From NCBI GenBank assembly GCA_040954595.2, contig JBECUI020000024.1, forward strand, positions 1 through 64,000: a DNA stretch of 64,000 nucleotides, given 5' to 3'. The stretch comes from Balanoglossus misakiensis. Its lineage: Eukaryota > Animalia > Hemichordata. Positions within the stretch are counted from its first letter, which is position 1, and each line of letters starts with the position of its first letter. Positions 25,298-38,300 of the stretch are shown piece by piece. Below the pieces are notes generated by a model. That model was not told the origin of the DNA and ran no database searches. It was given only the letters and a program-made list of their open reading frames with translations. The position numbers were made by a program, and so were the translations under genes.

Positions 25298-28200
25298 TCA
25301 CTTGGTAGGCTACAAGTGGTAGAGTCGTGTGTGCGCGCGACTTACACTATAAATTTGCGGAACAGACGGAACGGAATATGTATATGTAGCAGTTTATTGG
25401 CATGAATAGTGTAGGCCTACATGATTTTTAAAACATGTCCCAGCACAGCGATTTATTCAGAGAAAGTGGAGAAATATTTATATGATAGAAACTGAATAAG
25501 TTTGTTGTATGTCAGCTCTTCTGTCTTTCTCTTACCGATATGATTCTAACCGGAACACTCAAGCTTAGTAAGGGTAAGAGAAAGGCAGAAGAAGAAAAAT
25601 GGCTGACCGACAACTTTTTGTATCAAATCCCTGAATAAATCACTGGGCCCAGGAAAACCACAGCGAGTTTAGAACACTAACATTGAGATCTAACATAATC
25701 GACCCATGCTGATGTTTCAAGTGGGCGATCCCCGGCAATTCCCGGCAATTTCACGATCCCCCCCCCCACAAAAATCGTGCATTCCAAGGGAATATTACGT
25801 CAGTAGATTAATTTTTCTGACTTCTTTATTAAAGCTGTTTCGCCGTTTCACTGTTTCGCAAAATATCACTAGCCGCGCCCTGTGATAAGAGTCTAAGTTT
25901 CGTGAAAGACCTCCGCAGTCCACCTTTTTTATCTTAAAAAAGTTTCCATCTTTTTTCTTCACCGGGTCCGGAAATTTTCAGGTCGACACGAACTCTTGGA
26001 TTTAGTTTATCAGTTTATTTGGAAGCGAGTCGAAAAAGATTACGCTGTCCAAAACCGTTAAACCCGTGGTACTCGAAACTGTGAATAAACAAAGTGTTAG
26101 TATATATACAAGTCTGCCAATATAACGCCAGTGTTTTTAGTAGTTTTATAATTTTATTGGTATTTCAAAAATGTTGTCCTGTTTTTTTTTTTTTTTGTCT
26201 TGGAAGTCCACAAACAGAATTTATTACATTTTCTCAGTGTGAATCTCATTAGAACGACTTGAAAGTCCACAACAAAACATGTTTTTCCACTGAAATGAGC
26301 AGGGTCTAGCATGGCTGTGGAAACGCGGCTGCACCGTTGGAGGTTGGGATATACTGTTGTACCACCCCCACCCATATCCTAACCCCCAATGGTGCAGCTG
26401 CGTTTACAAAGCTAGGTCTAGCAGCCTACCTCCAGGTTCAGACAATATCTCCAACCTGAGGTGAAGCAGGTTACACAATTTGCGCCACCAACGGCAGTTT
26501 CTGATTTCCACCAACTATTGATATATACTGGTATGAGTGCAACCAACTTGATTCAATTAGTCTGTTGCCGCCCCCCCCCCCCACTTTTGAACACTGTTGA
26601 CACTACACTCATGAAAGGGGTGAGGTATGGGCCCATAATGTGTTTTGCATTGCTGTGAATGGAATTTTGTATCGATTGACATTGGCATTTATCCCCAAAT
26701 CATTTACTATTTTGTCCATTGCCAACAGATGCCCGCGTTCACAGTTTTGAGAATTTTTACCTCCTGCAATATATATTTTGCCGAATTTGAGAGCAATCTC
26801 TGTTGCGAGGCAGTTGCATGAAACCTTCTCCCGTCTGAACTAGATGCCAATAAGAGAGGGTTTTTAGTCACAATGCTCACTTCTGACAAAAGGTTCTATT
26901 TGTCTGGAAATGAGTTTACAGTGGCAATTCACTAAAATCTCAGTGAGCATAACTGCAGTTATAGAATTTTAACCAAGCGTATGTTTTCATATCAATGAAA
27001 AATACCATGAGATGGTCAGCTAAGGTAGATGGGGTGGGGCTGAATCACATGCCCCATCATAATGAAAGCTGCTAACCCTCTTAGAATGATACTAAGGCCT
27101 ATACGTTGACTAGAGGATAGCAATGTAAAAAGACAATGCGCCATGGAGTATATTAGTAAGTAACTATTTATTTATTTAAAACAAACCAAGCTTAGTTTCA
27201 CCAGTTTTAATTTGAGGAAACAAATATTTTGTAAAAAGATGAACAAATATTTTTCTGACATCACTATTGTCGACAAGCCTCTTGCTTTTCACATCCCTCC
27301 AGTTCCAATCCAAGATCACATAGCCAAGTGTGACAGGGCGATCAACGTATAGGCCTTAGTATCATTCTAAGAGGGTAGCAGCTTTCATTATGATGGGGCA
27401 TGTGATTCAGCCCCACCCCATCTACCTTAGCTGAGCTTTGGATCGCTTCGCCAAAGTTTATATGACAAGGGTGTTAGACCATTCCTATAACATTAGGCTA
27501 GCTATATCGTTTATATGCCTTAATGAATTAATTAATATGACTGACTGACGAACTGACTGACTGACTGAACGAATGAATGAATGAATGAATCAATCAATCA
27601 ATCAATCAATCACCCGACATGGCCTGGAAGGATTCACCCCCTGTTGAGATGTTGGCACCCCCTAGCAAATTGTCATGGGTGGGGTGGTCAGTGGCCCTTA
27701 AAATGATGTCACTCACATGATAGAGATATTAATTACATAACTCTTTTCCAGAGTGTGCTCTATTTACAGTCTGCACTATATTCAGGTACATGTGTAATGA
27801 TATTTCAATTACTTTTGGAATCACAGGACAGTAGAAAGGTTGATTGAACAAAGGATTTGAAATTCACTCACCATGTATTGGAACAGCTCTTACAGACATC
27901 ACATCATCATTCAACGCTAAATCTTCGTAACTTTTACATACTGTTAATATAAATATAATTACTTTTCTTTAAATATCATCCAAATATTACAATGTTTCTA
28001 GCAATTTCATAAACTGCATTAATATAATACTGTGTGTATGATATATACTTTGTGCATAGGATACAGATCTTTGCTTATTACCAAGAATATAACACCATGT
28101 GTTTGGATTTTAAATGCAGTTCGGAGCTGACTGTGTTGCATTTTGACTGCAAAATTAAAATATTTAGTTACATTTCCTTGCATTTAGTGTTGAAAATGTC

Positions 28201-29306
28201 ACTTTTAGCTTTAAAATGAGCACTGATATCTATGGAACTAGGAGAATCGTGCTTTCTATTCTACAACAAACAATATTTACATTTAATCAAACAACAGGAG
28301 GATATTTGACAGTCAATCAATAAATATAACATACATATGAGTTGCATGTACAAAACTAGACACATGTATGTATGTGATATTTAAAGAGACATTAACTGTA
28401 ACACATGCTCTACCCAGAACTCCACTTGTCAACATAACCTGTATGTGTGTAACGGCTATTGAAATGAATTCTAGTCCAGACTTGACTTCAAATATAGAAT
28501 AACAATACTGACTAGACACACCTATATTTCATCATGATTCAGGGATTTGAACAAGACACTGCAGTAAATACTTAAAACAAAATTACTGAAAACAAAGTGA
28601 AAAGTTACAGCTTATGAAGCTTGAAATATGTTCAGACACAAGTAGAACAGGCAATGAAAACACATTATAAACATTGGGAAAAACACCCAAAGTTACATGT
28701 ACTACCGGTATCTCTTTAGTGACAAAGATGCAACTAAACTAGCATGTATTGTACAACCAATAGTGAAAAGAGTTGAAATGTACATACCAATCTAGGTGGT
28801 CCATAGTAGGTCACTTTCTTTGCTGTGCCTATGTCTCTCAGTGTCAGTGTTAAACCTGTCATAAGACAAACCAAATGATTTATATACATGAATATTCAAA
28901 TGATGTATTCCTTGGCTGTATTGACAAACACACTGTCTACATTCTTGAATACTAGTGTGTTACGTATTGACAGCCAAGATTATACACATGATGACTGACA
29001 ATGAGGGCAACAGTGTATTTTTGATGATCCAGGGCGCTGCTAGTCACAACTAAAACAGACTGGATAAATATTGTTACAGACATGTAAATAAATATTGTTA
29101 TCTCTTGAATGACTGTGATAACCATGTTCTATTAGGAAGTGTGTCAGGAACGAAAATAGCAGCCTGTAATTTGAATTGACTGTATATGAGATTAAATTGG
29201 ATAGCTCGTCTCACGCGCATGCGCGTAACTTCCCAGCAAATTTTCCGTTCGATGCATTCAAATAGTGGACTGCCTTCGCTTCCTTCCATATTTCATGCGC
29301 ACAGTA

Positions 29307-32300
29307 TAGCGTTCGTTAGCAACGTTGATCAAGTCGGATTTCCTTCGGCCTGGCTCTGCAAAAGACCCGACACTCTAGTACAAAGACGTTGGCTAAGTCG
29401 GGCAAACCGAAGAGGGAAAGTCACAGCGGTTCAACACTCGACATTTGTTCTGGTAGGACTGCATTATTGCCTGTCAATTTATAGAGAAAGCCCGAATTTA
29501 ACCAGGGCGCTTCAAACACCGACGTTAGTTGGGGGCACGGCCTGCAGTACTGCCGGGTAAGCTCACATCGGCGTACGGCATATAATGTAGGGGGGGGGGG
29601 GGAAACAGAACGGTTCAATACTACATTTATTAGATATCAGCTAATTATGGACAATCATCTAAAATCTAAATCATTTTTTCATATTTGGATATCTGATGAT
29701 GTATGAAATTTCCATTATATGTAAACATGGTGCTGATTATAAAAAATGCACTCTGAATGAGCTGATTTAATACAAAATTGCGTTTTATTCGTTTTTGCAC
29801 CAAAAAGGTCATTTTTAGGCAAAACATTCTTTATTTTATTAATTCGATGACCTGATCATATATAAAGAATTGCTTGTATGTTAAAAGTTTTTATGACTTT
29901 TAAAAGCAGTGACACTGGCGGCATTCAACACGAAAATAACAATTTTAGCCACAATTTGGTCAAAATGGTAAATTTTTGAAAATTACAAAAAATACCTGTT
30001 TTCTACATTTTCGGAAATCTGATGGAGTATAGAATGCTCTTCGTATGTATATATCGATACAAATTCCACAAAAGACCGTCTAATTTGGCTCACTGCAAAC
30101 AAAATTGCGTTTTACCAAATTTTCCTTGAAAATGTCATTTTTAGAAAAAATAAAAAATAAAAAAACCTTTGTTCTTCGAATTTGGTGCCCTGATCATATA
30201 TGACATGTTGATTGTATGTTAAAACTTTCGACCACTCCAAAAAAGCAGAGATATTGACGGAATTCAAGAAAAAATAGCAATTTTGGCCATATTTTGACAA
30301 AAATGGTAAATTTTTAAAAAATCATAAAAAATTAACTCTTTTCTTCATTTTCGGAAATATTATGGAGCATGAAGTGTCGTTCTCTTGTAAAAAGTGCTGC
30401 AAATTCAAGAAAAGGCGGTATAATTTGAATCACCCAAGACAAAATTACCATTTTCGACTTTTTTTTCGAAAAATTGTCTTTTTTACAAAATAAATAAGAA
30501 TAAATTCTTTTCTTAGTTTCAAACGGGTAGAGATACTTTCCACACGGGTTTTCTAACATTGAATTCCCGTTCATCAACTCAGATTTCCTACAGCATAAGT
30601 CGGCTAAAACCCTGACACTCTAGAGCAGAAACAGTTGCACACTGGTAACGTTGATCAAGTCTGATCTCCTACGGCTTGGCTCGACTAAAACCCCGGCACA
30701 CTATGACAGACACTAGCGTTCGTTAGCAACGTTGATCAAGTCAGATTTCCTACGGCATGGCTTGGCTAAAGCCCTGGCAGTCTAGAGCAGAAACATTCGT
30801 TCAGAGACCACGTTGATCTACTCACATTTTCTTCGGCCTGGCACGGCTGATGCCCCGGCACTATATGTAGGACACAGACTGGCGTAAGTTAACAAAGGTA
30901 ATCACGTCGGGTTTCCTACGGCCTGGCTCAGCTGAAGCCCCGGCACTCTAGAGCAGAAACAGGCGTACATTGACCACGTTGATCAAGTCAGATTTCCTAC
31001 GGCGTGACTCGGCTGGTGCACCGGCTCTATATGACACAGACTGGCGTAAGTTATCAACGGTGATTACGTCGGATTTCCTACGGCCTGGTTTAGCTGAAGC
31101 CCCGGCACTTTAGAGCGGAAACACGCGTACATTGACCACGATGATCAAGTCAGATCTCCTACGGCCTGGCTCGACTAAAACCCCGGCACACCATGACAGA
31201 CACTAGCGTTCGTTAGCAACGGTGATCAAGTCGGATTTCCTTCGGCCTGGCTCTGCAAAAGACCCGACACTCTAGTACAAAGACGTTGGCTAAGTCGGGC
31301 AAACCGAAGAGGGAAAGTCACAGCGGGTCAACACTCGACATTTGTTCGGGTAGGACTGCATTATGGCCTGTTAATTTATAGAGAAAGCCCGAATTTAACC
31401 AGGGCGTTCCAAACACTGACGTTAATTGGGGGCACGGCCTGCAGTACTGCCGGGTAAGCTGACATCGGCGTACCGCATATAATGTAAGGGGGGGGGGGAA
31501 CAGAACGGTTCAATACTGCATTTATTAGATATCAGCTAATTTTGGACAATCATCTAAAATCTAAATCATTTTTTCATATTTGGATATCTGATGATGTATG
31601 AAATTTCCATTATATGTAAAAATGGTGCTGATTATAAAAAATGTACTCTGAATGAGCTGATTTATTACAAAATTGCGTTTTATTCGTTTTTGCACCAAAA
31701 AGGTCATTTTTAGGCAAAACATTCTTTATTTTTTTAATTCGGTGACTTGATCATATATAATCAATTGCTTGTATGTTAAAAGTTTTTATGACTTTTAAAA
31801 GTTGTGACACTGGCGGCATTCAACACGAAAATACAATTTTAGCCACAATTTGGTCAAAATGGTAAATTTTTGAAAATTACAAAAAATACCTGTTTTCTAC
31901 ATTTTCGGAAATCTGATGGAGTATAGAATGCTCTTCGTATGTATATATCGATACAAATTCCACAAAAGACCGTCTAATTTGGCTCACTGCAGACAAAATT
32001 GCGTTTTACCAAATATTCCTTGAAAATGTCATTTTTAGAAAAAAAATAAAAAAACCTTTGTTCTTCGAATTTGGTGCCCCGATCATATATGACATGTTGA
32101 TTGTATGTTAAAACTTTCGACCACTCCAAAAATGCAGAGATATTGACGGAATTCAAGAAAAAATAGCCATTTTGGCCATATTTTGACAAAAATGGTAAAT
32201 TTTTAAAAAATCATAAAAAATTAACTCTTTTCTTCATTTTCGGAAATATTATGGAGCATGAAGTGTCGTTCTCTTGTAAAAAGTGCTGCATATTCCAGAA

Positions 32301-35300
32301 AAGGTGGTATAATTTGAATCACCCAAGACAAAATTACCATTTTCGCCTTTTTTTCGAAAAATTGTCTTTTTTACAAAATAAATAAGAATAAATTCTTTTC
32401 TTAGTTTCAAACGGGTAGAGATACTTTCCACACAGGTTTTCTAACATTGAATTCCCGTTCATCAACTCTGATTTCCTACAGCATAAATCGGCTAAAACCC
32501 TGACACTCTAGAGCAGAAACAGTTGCACACTGATAACGTTGAACAAGTCGATTTTTTTACGGCCTGGCTCGGCTAAATCTCCGTCACAATATGACAGACA
32601 CTAGCGTACGTTAGCAACGGTGATCAAGTCAGATTTTCTACAGCATGGCTTGGATAAAGCCCCGGCACTCTAGAGCAGAAACACGCGTACAGAGACCACG
32701 TTGATCAAGTCTGATCTCCTTCGGCTTGGCTCGACTAAAACCCCGGCACACTATGACAGACACTAGCGTTCGTTAGCAACGTTGATCAAGTCAGATTTCC
32801 TACGGCATGGCTTTGCTAAAGCCCTGACACTCAAGAGCAGAAACACGCGTACAGAGACCACGTTGATCTACTCACATTTCCTTCGGCCTGGCACGGCTGA
32901 TGCCCCGGCACTATATATAGGACACAGACTGGCGTAAGTTAACAACGGTAATCACGTCGGGTTTCCTACGGCCTGGCTCAGCTGAAGCCCCGGCACTCTA
33001 GAGCAGAAACAGGCGTACATTGACCACGTTGATCAAGTCAGATTTCCTACGGCGTGACTCGGCTGGTGCACCAGCTCTATATGACACAGACTGGCGTAAG
33101 TTATCAACGGTGATTACGTCGGATTTCCTACGGCCTGGTTTAGCTGAAGCCCCGGCACTTTAGAGCGGAATCACGCGTACATTGACCACGATGATCAAGT
33201 CAGATCTCCTACGGCCTGGCTCGACTAAAACCCCGGCACACCATGACAGACACTAGCGTTCGTTAGCAACGGTGATCAAGTCGGATTTCCTTCGGCCTGG
33301 CTCTGCAAAATACCCGACACTCTAGTACAAAGACGTTGGCTAAGTCGGGCAAACCGAAGAGGGAAAGTCACAGCGGGTCAACACTCGACATTTGTTCGGG
33401 TAGGACTGCATTATGGCCTGTTAATTTATAGAGAAAGCCCGAATTTAACCAGGGCGTTCCAAACACTGACGTTAATTGGGGGCACGGCCTGCAGTACTGC
33501 CGGGTAAGCTGACATCGGCGTACCGCATATAATGTAAGGGGGGGGGGGGAACAGAACGGTTCAATACTGCATTTATTAGATATCAGCTAATTTTGGACAA
33601 TCATCTAAAATCTAAATCATTTTTTCATATTTGGATATCTGATGATGTATGAAATTTCCATTATATGTAAAAATGGTGCTGATTATAAAAAATGTACTCT
33701 GAATGAGCTGATTTATTACAAAATTGCGTTTTATTCGTTTTTGCACCAAAAAGGTCATTTTTAGGCAAAACATTCTTTATTTTTTTAATTCGGTGACTTG
33801 ATCATATATAATCAATTGCTTGTATGTTAAAAGTTTTTATGACTTTTAAAAGTTGTGACACTGGCGGCATTCAACACGAAAATACAATTTTAGCCACAAT
33901 TTGGTCAAAATGGTAAATTTTTGAAAATTACAAAAAATACCTGTTTTCTACATTTTCGGAAATCTGATGGAGTATAGAATGCTCTTCGTATGTATATATC
34001 GATACAAATTCCACAAAAGACCGTCTAATTTGGCTCACTGCAGACAAAATTGCGTTTTACCAAATATTCCTTGAAAATGTCATTTTTAGAAAAAAAATAA
34101 AAAAACCTTTGTTCTTCGAATTTGGTGCCCCGATCATATATGACATGTTGATTGTATGTTAAAACTTTCGACCACTCCAAAAATGCAGAGATATTGACGG
34201 AATTCAAGAAAAAATAGCCATTTTGGCCATATTTTGACAAAAATGGTAAATTTTTAAAAAATCATAAAAAATTAACTCTTTTCTTCATTTTCGGAAATAT
34301 TATGGAGCATGAAGTGTCGTTCTCTTGTAAAAAGTGCTGCATATTCCAGAAAAGGTGGTATAATTTGAATCACCCAAGACAAAATTACCATTTTCGCCTT
34401 TTTTTCGAAAAATTGTCTTTTTTACAAAATAAATAAGAATAAATTCTTTTCTTAGTTTCAAACGGGTAGAGATACTTTCCACACAGGTTTTCTAACATTG
34501 AATTCCCGTTCATCAACTCTGATTTCCTACAGCATAAATCGGCTAAAACCCTGACACTCTAGAGCAGAAACAGTTGCACACTGATAACGTTGAACAAGTC
34601 GATTTTTTTACGGCCTGGCTCGGCTAAATCTCCGTCACAATATGACAGACACTAGCGTACGTTAGCAACGGTGATCAAGTCAGATTTTCTACAGCATGGC
34701 TTGGATAAAGCCCCGGCACTCTAGAGCAGAAACACGCGTACAGAGACCACGTTGATCAAGTCTGATCTCCTTCGGCTTGGCTCGACTAAAACCCCGGCAC
34801 ACTATGACAGACACTAGCGTTCGTTAGCAACGTTGATCAAGTCAGATTTCCTACGGCATGGCTTTGCTAAAGCCCTGACACTCTAGAGCAGAAACACGCG
34901 TACAGAGACCACGTTGATCTACTCACATTTCCTTCGGCCTGGCACGGCTGATGCCCCGGCACTATATATAGGACACAGACTGGCGTAAGTTAACAACGGT
35001 AATCACGTCGGGTTTCCTACGGCCTGGCTCAGCTGAAGCCCCGGCACTCTAGAGCAGAAACAGGCGTACATTGACCACGTTGATCAAGTCAGATTTCCTA
35101 CGGCGTGACTCGGCTGGTGCACCAGCTCTATATGACACAGACTGGCGTAAGTTATCAACGGTGATTACGTCGGATTTCCTACGGCCTGGTTTAGCTGAAG
35201 CCCCGGCACTTTAGAGCGGAATCACGCGTACATTGACCACGATGATCAAGTCAGATCTCCTACGGCCTGGCTCGACTAAAACCCCGGCACACCATGACAG

Positions 35301-38300
35301 ACACTAGCGTTCGTTAGCAACGGTGATCAAGTCGGATTTCCTTCGGCCTGGCTCTGCAAAATACCCGACACTCTAGTACAAAGACGTTGGCTAAGTCGGG
35401 CAAACCGAAGAGGGAAAGTCACAGCGGGTCAACACTCGACATTTGTTCGGGTAGGACTGTATTATGGCCTGTTAATTTATAGAGAAAGCCCGAATTTAAC
35501 CAGGGCGTTCCAAACACTGACGTTAATTGGGGGCACGGCCTGCAGTACTGCCGGGTAAGCTGACATCGGCGTACCGCATATAATGTAAGGGGGGGGGGGA
35601 ACAGAACGGTTCAATACTGCATTTATTAGATATCAGCTAATTTTGGACAATCATCTAAAATCTAAATCATTTTTTCATATTTGGATATCTGATGATGTAT
35701 GAAATTTCCATTATATGTAAAAATGGTGCTGATTATAAAAAATGTACTCTGAATGAGCTGATTTATTACAAAATTGCGTTTTATTCGTTTTTGCACCAAA
35801 AAGGTCATTTTTAGGCAAAACATTCTTTATTTTTTTAATTCGGTGACTTGATCATATATAATCAATTGCTTGTATGTTAAAAGTTTTTATGACTTTTAAA
35901 AGTTGTGACACTGGCGGCATTCAACACGAAAATACAATTTTAGCCACAATTTGGTCAAAATGGTAAATTTTTGAAAATTACAAAAAATACCTGTTTTCTA
36001 CATTTTCGGAAATCTGATGGAGTATAGAATGCTCTTCGTATGTATATATCGATACAAATTCCACAAAAGACCGTCTAATTTGGCTCACTGCAGACAAAAT
36101 TGCGTTTTACCAAATATTCCTTGAAAATGTCATTTTTAGAAAAAAAATAAAAAAACCTTTGTTCTTCGAATTTGGTGCCCCGATCATATATGACATGTTG
36201 ATTGTATGTTAAAACTTTCGACCACTCCAAAAATGCAGAGATATTGACGGAATTCAAGAAAAAATAGCCATTTTGGCCATATTTTGACAAAAATGGTAAA
36301 TTTTTAAAAAATCATAAAAAATTAACTCTTTTCTTCATTTTCGGAAATATTATGGAGCATGAAGTGTCGTTCTCTTGTAAAAAGTGCTGCATATTCCAGA
36401 AAAGGTGGTATAATTTGAATCACCCAAGACAAAATTACCATTTTCGCCTTTTTTTCGAAAAATTGTCTTTTTTACAAAATAAATAAGAATAAATTCTTTT
36501 CTTAGTTTCAAACGGGTAGAGATACTTTCCACACAGGTTTTCTAACATTGAATTCCCGTTCATCAACTCTGATTTCCTACAGCATAAATCGGCTAAAACC
36601 CTGACACTCTAGAGCAGAAACAGTTGCACACTGATAACGTTGAACAAGTCGATTTTTTTACGGCCTGGCTCGGCTAAATCTCCGTCACAATATGACAGAC
36701 ACTAGCGTACGTTAGCAACGGTGATCAAGTCAGATTTTCTACAGCATGGCTTGGATAAAGCCCCGGCACTCTAGAGCAAAAACACGCGTACAGAGACCAC
36801 GTTGATCTACTCACATTTCCTTCGGCCTGGCACGGCTGATGCCCCGGCACTATATATAGGACACAGACTGGCGTAAGTTAACAACGGTAATCACGTCGGG
36901 TTTCCTACGGCCTGGCTCAGCTGAAGCCCCGGCACTCTAGAGCAGAAACAGGCGTACATTGACCACGTTGATCAAGTCAGATTTCCTACGGCGTGACTCG
37001 GCTGGTGCACCAGCTCTATATGACACAGACTGGCGTAAGTTATCAACGGTGATTACGTCGGATTTCCTACGGCCTGGTTTAGCTGAAGCCCCGGCACTTT
37101 AGAGCGGAATCACGCGTACATTGACCACGATGATCAAGTCAGATCTCCTACGGCCTGGCTCGACTAAAACCCCAGCACACCATGACAGACACTAGCGTTC
37201 GTTAGCAACGGTGATCAAGTCGGATTTCCTTCGGCCTGGCTCTGCAAAAGACCCGACACTCTAGTACAAAGACGTTGGCTAAGTTGGGCAAACCGAAGAG
37301 GGAAAGTCACAGCGGGTCAACACTCGACATTTGTTCGGGTAGGACTGCATTATTGCCTGTCAATTTATAGAGAAAGCCCGAATTTAACCAGGGCGTTTCA
37401 AACACCGACGTTAGTTGGGGGCACGGCCTGCAGTACTGCCGGGTAAGCTGACATCGGCGTACCGCATATAATGTAGGGGGGGGGGGGGAAACAGAACGGT
37501 TCAATACTACATTTATTATATATCAGCTAATTTTGGACAATCATCTAAAATCTAAATCATTTTTTCATATTTGGATATCTGATGATGTAAAAATGGTGCT
37601 GATTCTAAAAAATGCACTCTGAATGAGCTGATTTAATACAAAATTGCGTTTTATTCGTTTTTGCACCAAAAAGGTCATTTTTAGGCAAAACATTCTTTAT
37701 TTTTTAATTCGGTGACCTGATCATATATAAACAATTGCTTGTATGTTAAAAGTTTTTATGACTTTTAAAAGCAGTGACACTGGCGGCATTCAACACGAAA
37801 ATAACACAATATGACAGACACTAGCGTACGTTAGCATTGGTGATCAAGTCAGATTTTCTACGGCATGGCTTGGATAAAGCCCCGGCACTCTAGAGCAGAA
37901 ACACGCGTACAGAGACCACGTTGATCAAGTCTGATCTCCTACGGCTTGGCTCGACTAAAACCCCGGCACACTATGGCAGACACTAGCGTTCGTTAGCAAC
38001 GTTGATCAAGTCAAATTTCCTACGGCATGGCTTGGCTAAAGCCCTGGCACTCTAGAGCAGAAACACGCGTACAGAGACCACGTTGATCTACTCACATTTC
38101 CTTCGGCCTGGCACGGTTGATGCCCCGGCACTATATATAGGACACAGACTGGCGTAAGTTAACAACGGTAATCACGTCGGGTTTCCTACGGCCTGGCTCA
38201 GCTGAAGCCCCGGCACTCTAGAGCAGAAACAGGCGTACATTGACCACGTTGATCAAGTCAGATTTCCTACGGCGTGACTCGGCTGGTGCACCGGCTCTAT

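Larger units (their letters stand above)
22976..28225. mobile_element. Giant inverted repeat 2 / candidate foldback DNA transposon (arms 22976-24953 and 26110-28225)
   Basis: Ends ATAT|CAGTGCTCATTTTAAAGCTAAAAGTGAC ... GTCACTTTTAGCTTTAAAATGAGCACTG|ATAT; mirrored ORFs 23167-/28034+, 24246+/26889-, 24767+/26375-. The IR is certain; the transposon interpretation is inference. Confidence 0.7.

Noticed and set aside
29685-29725. CTGATGA-TGTAT-GAAA in each macrosatellite unit as a hammerhead ribozyme
   Set aside because: Stem II is essentially absent and no stem I pairing follows the candidate cleavage site.
30640-31270. 80-bp subrepeats as 5S/U2 genes or a CRISPR-like array
   Set aside because: Short matches (CCTACGGCC, GTCTGATCTC, GATCAAGT) are out of order. 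The intervening sequences are homologous to each other rather than unique spacers; eukaryotic context, no cas genes.
31280-31480. U1-like (CTTACCCGGCAG, TGACCCGCTGTGACTTTCCC on minus) or HDV-like ribozyme in the satellite core
   Set aside because: Only short motif matches; no U1 stem-loop I/II loops or Sm site in position, and no P1/P2/P3 pairing found.
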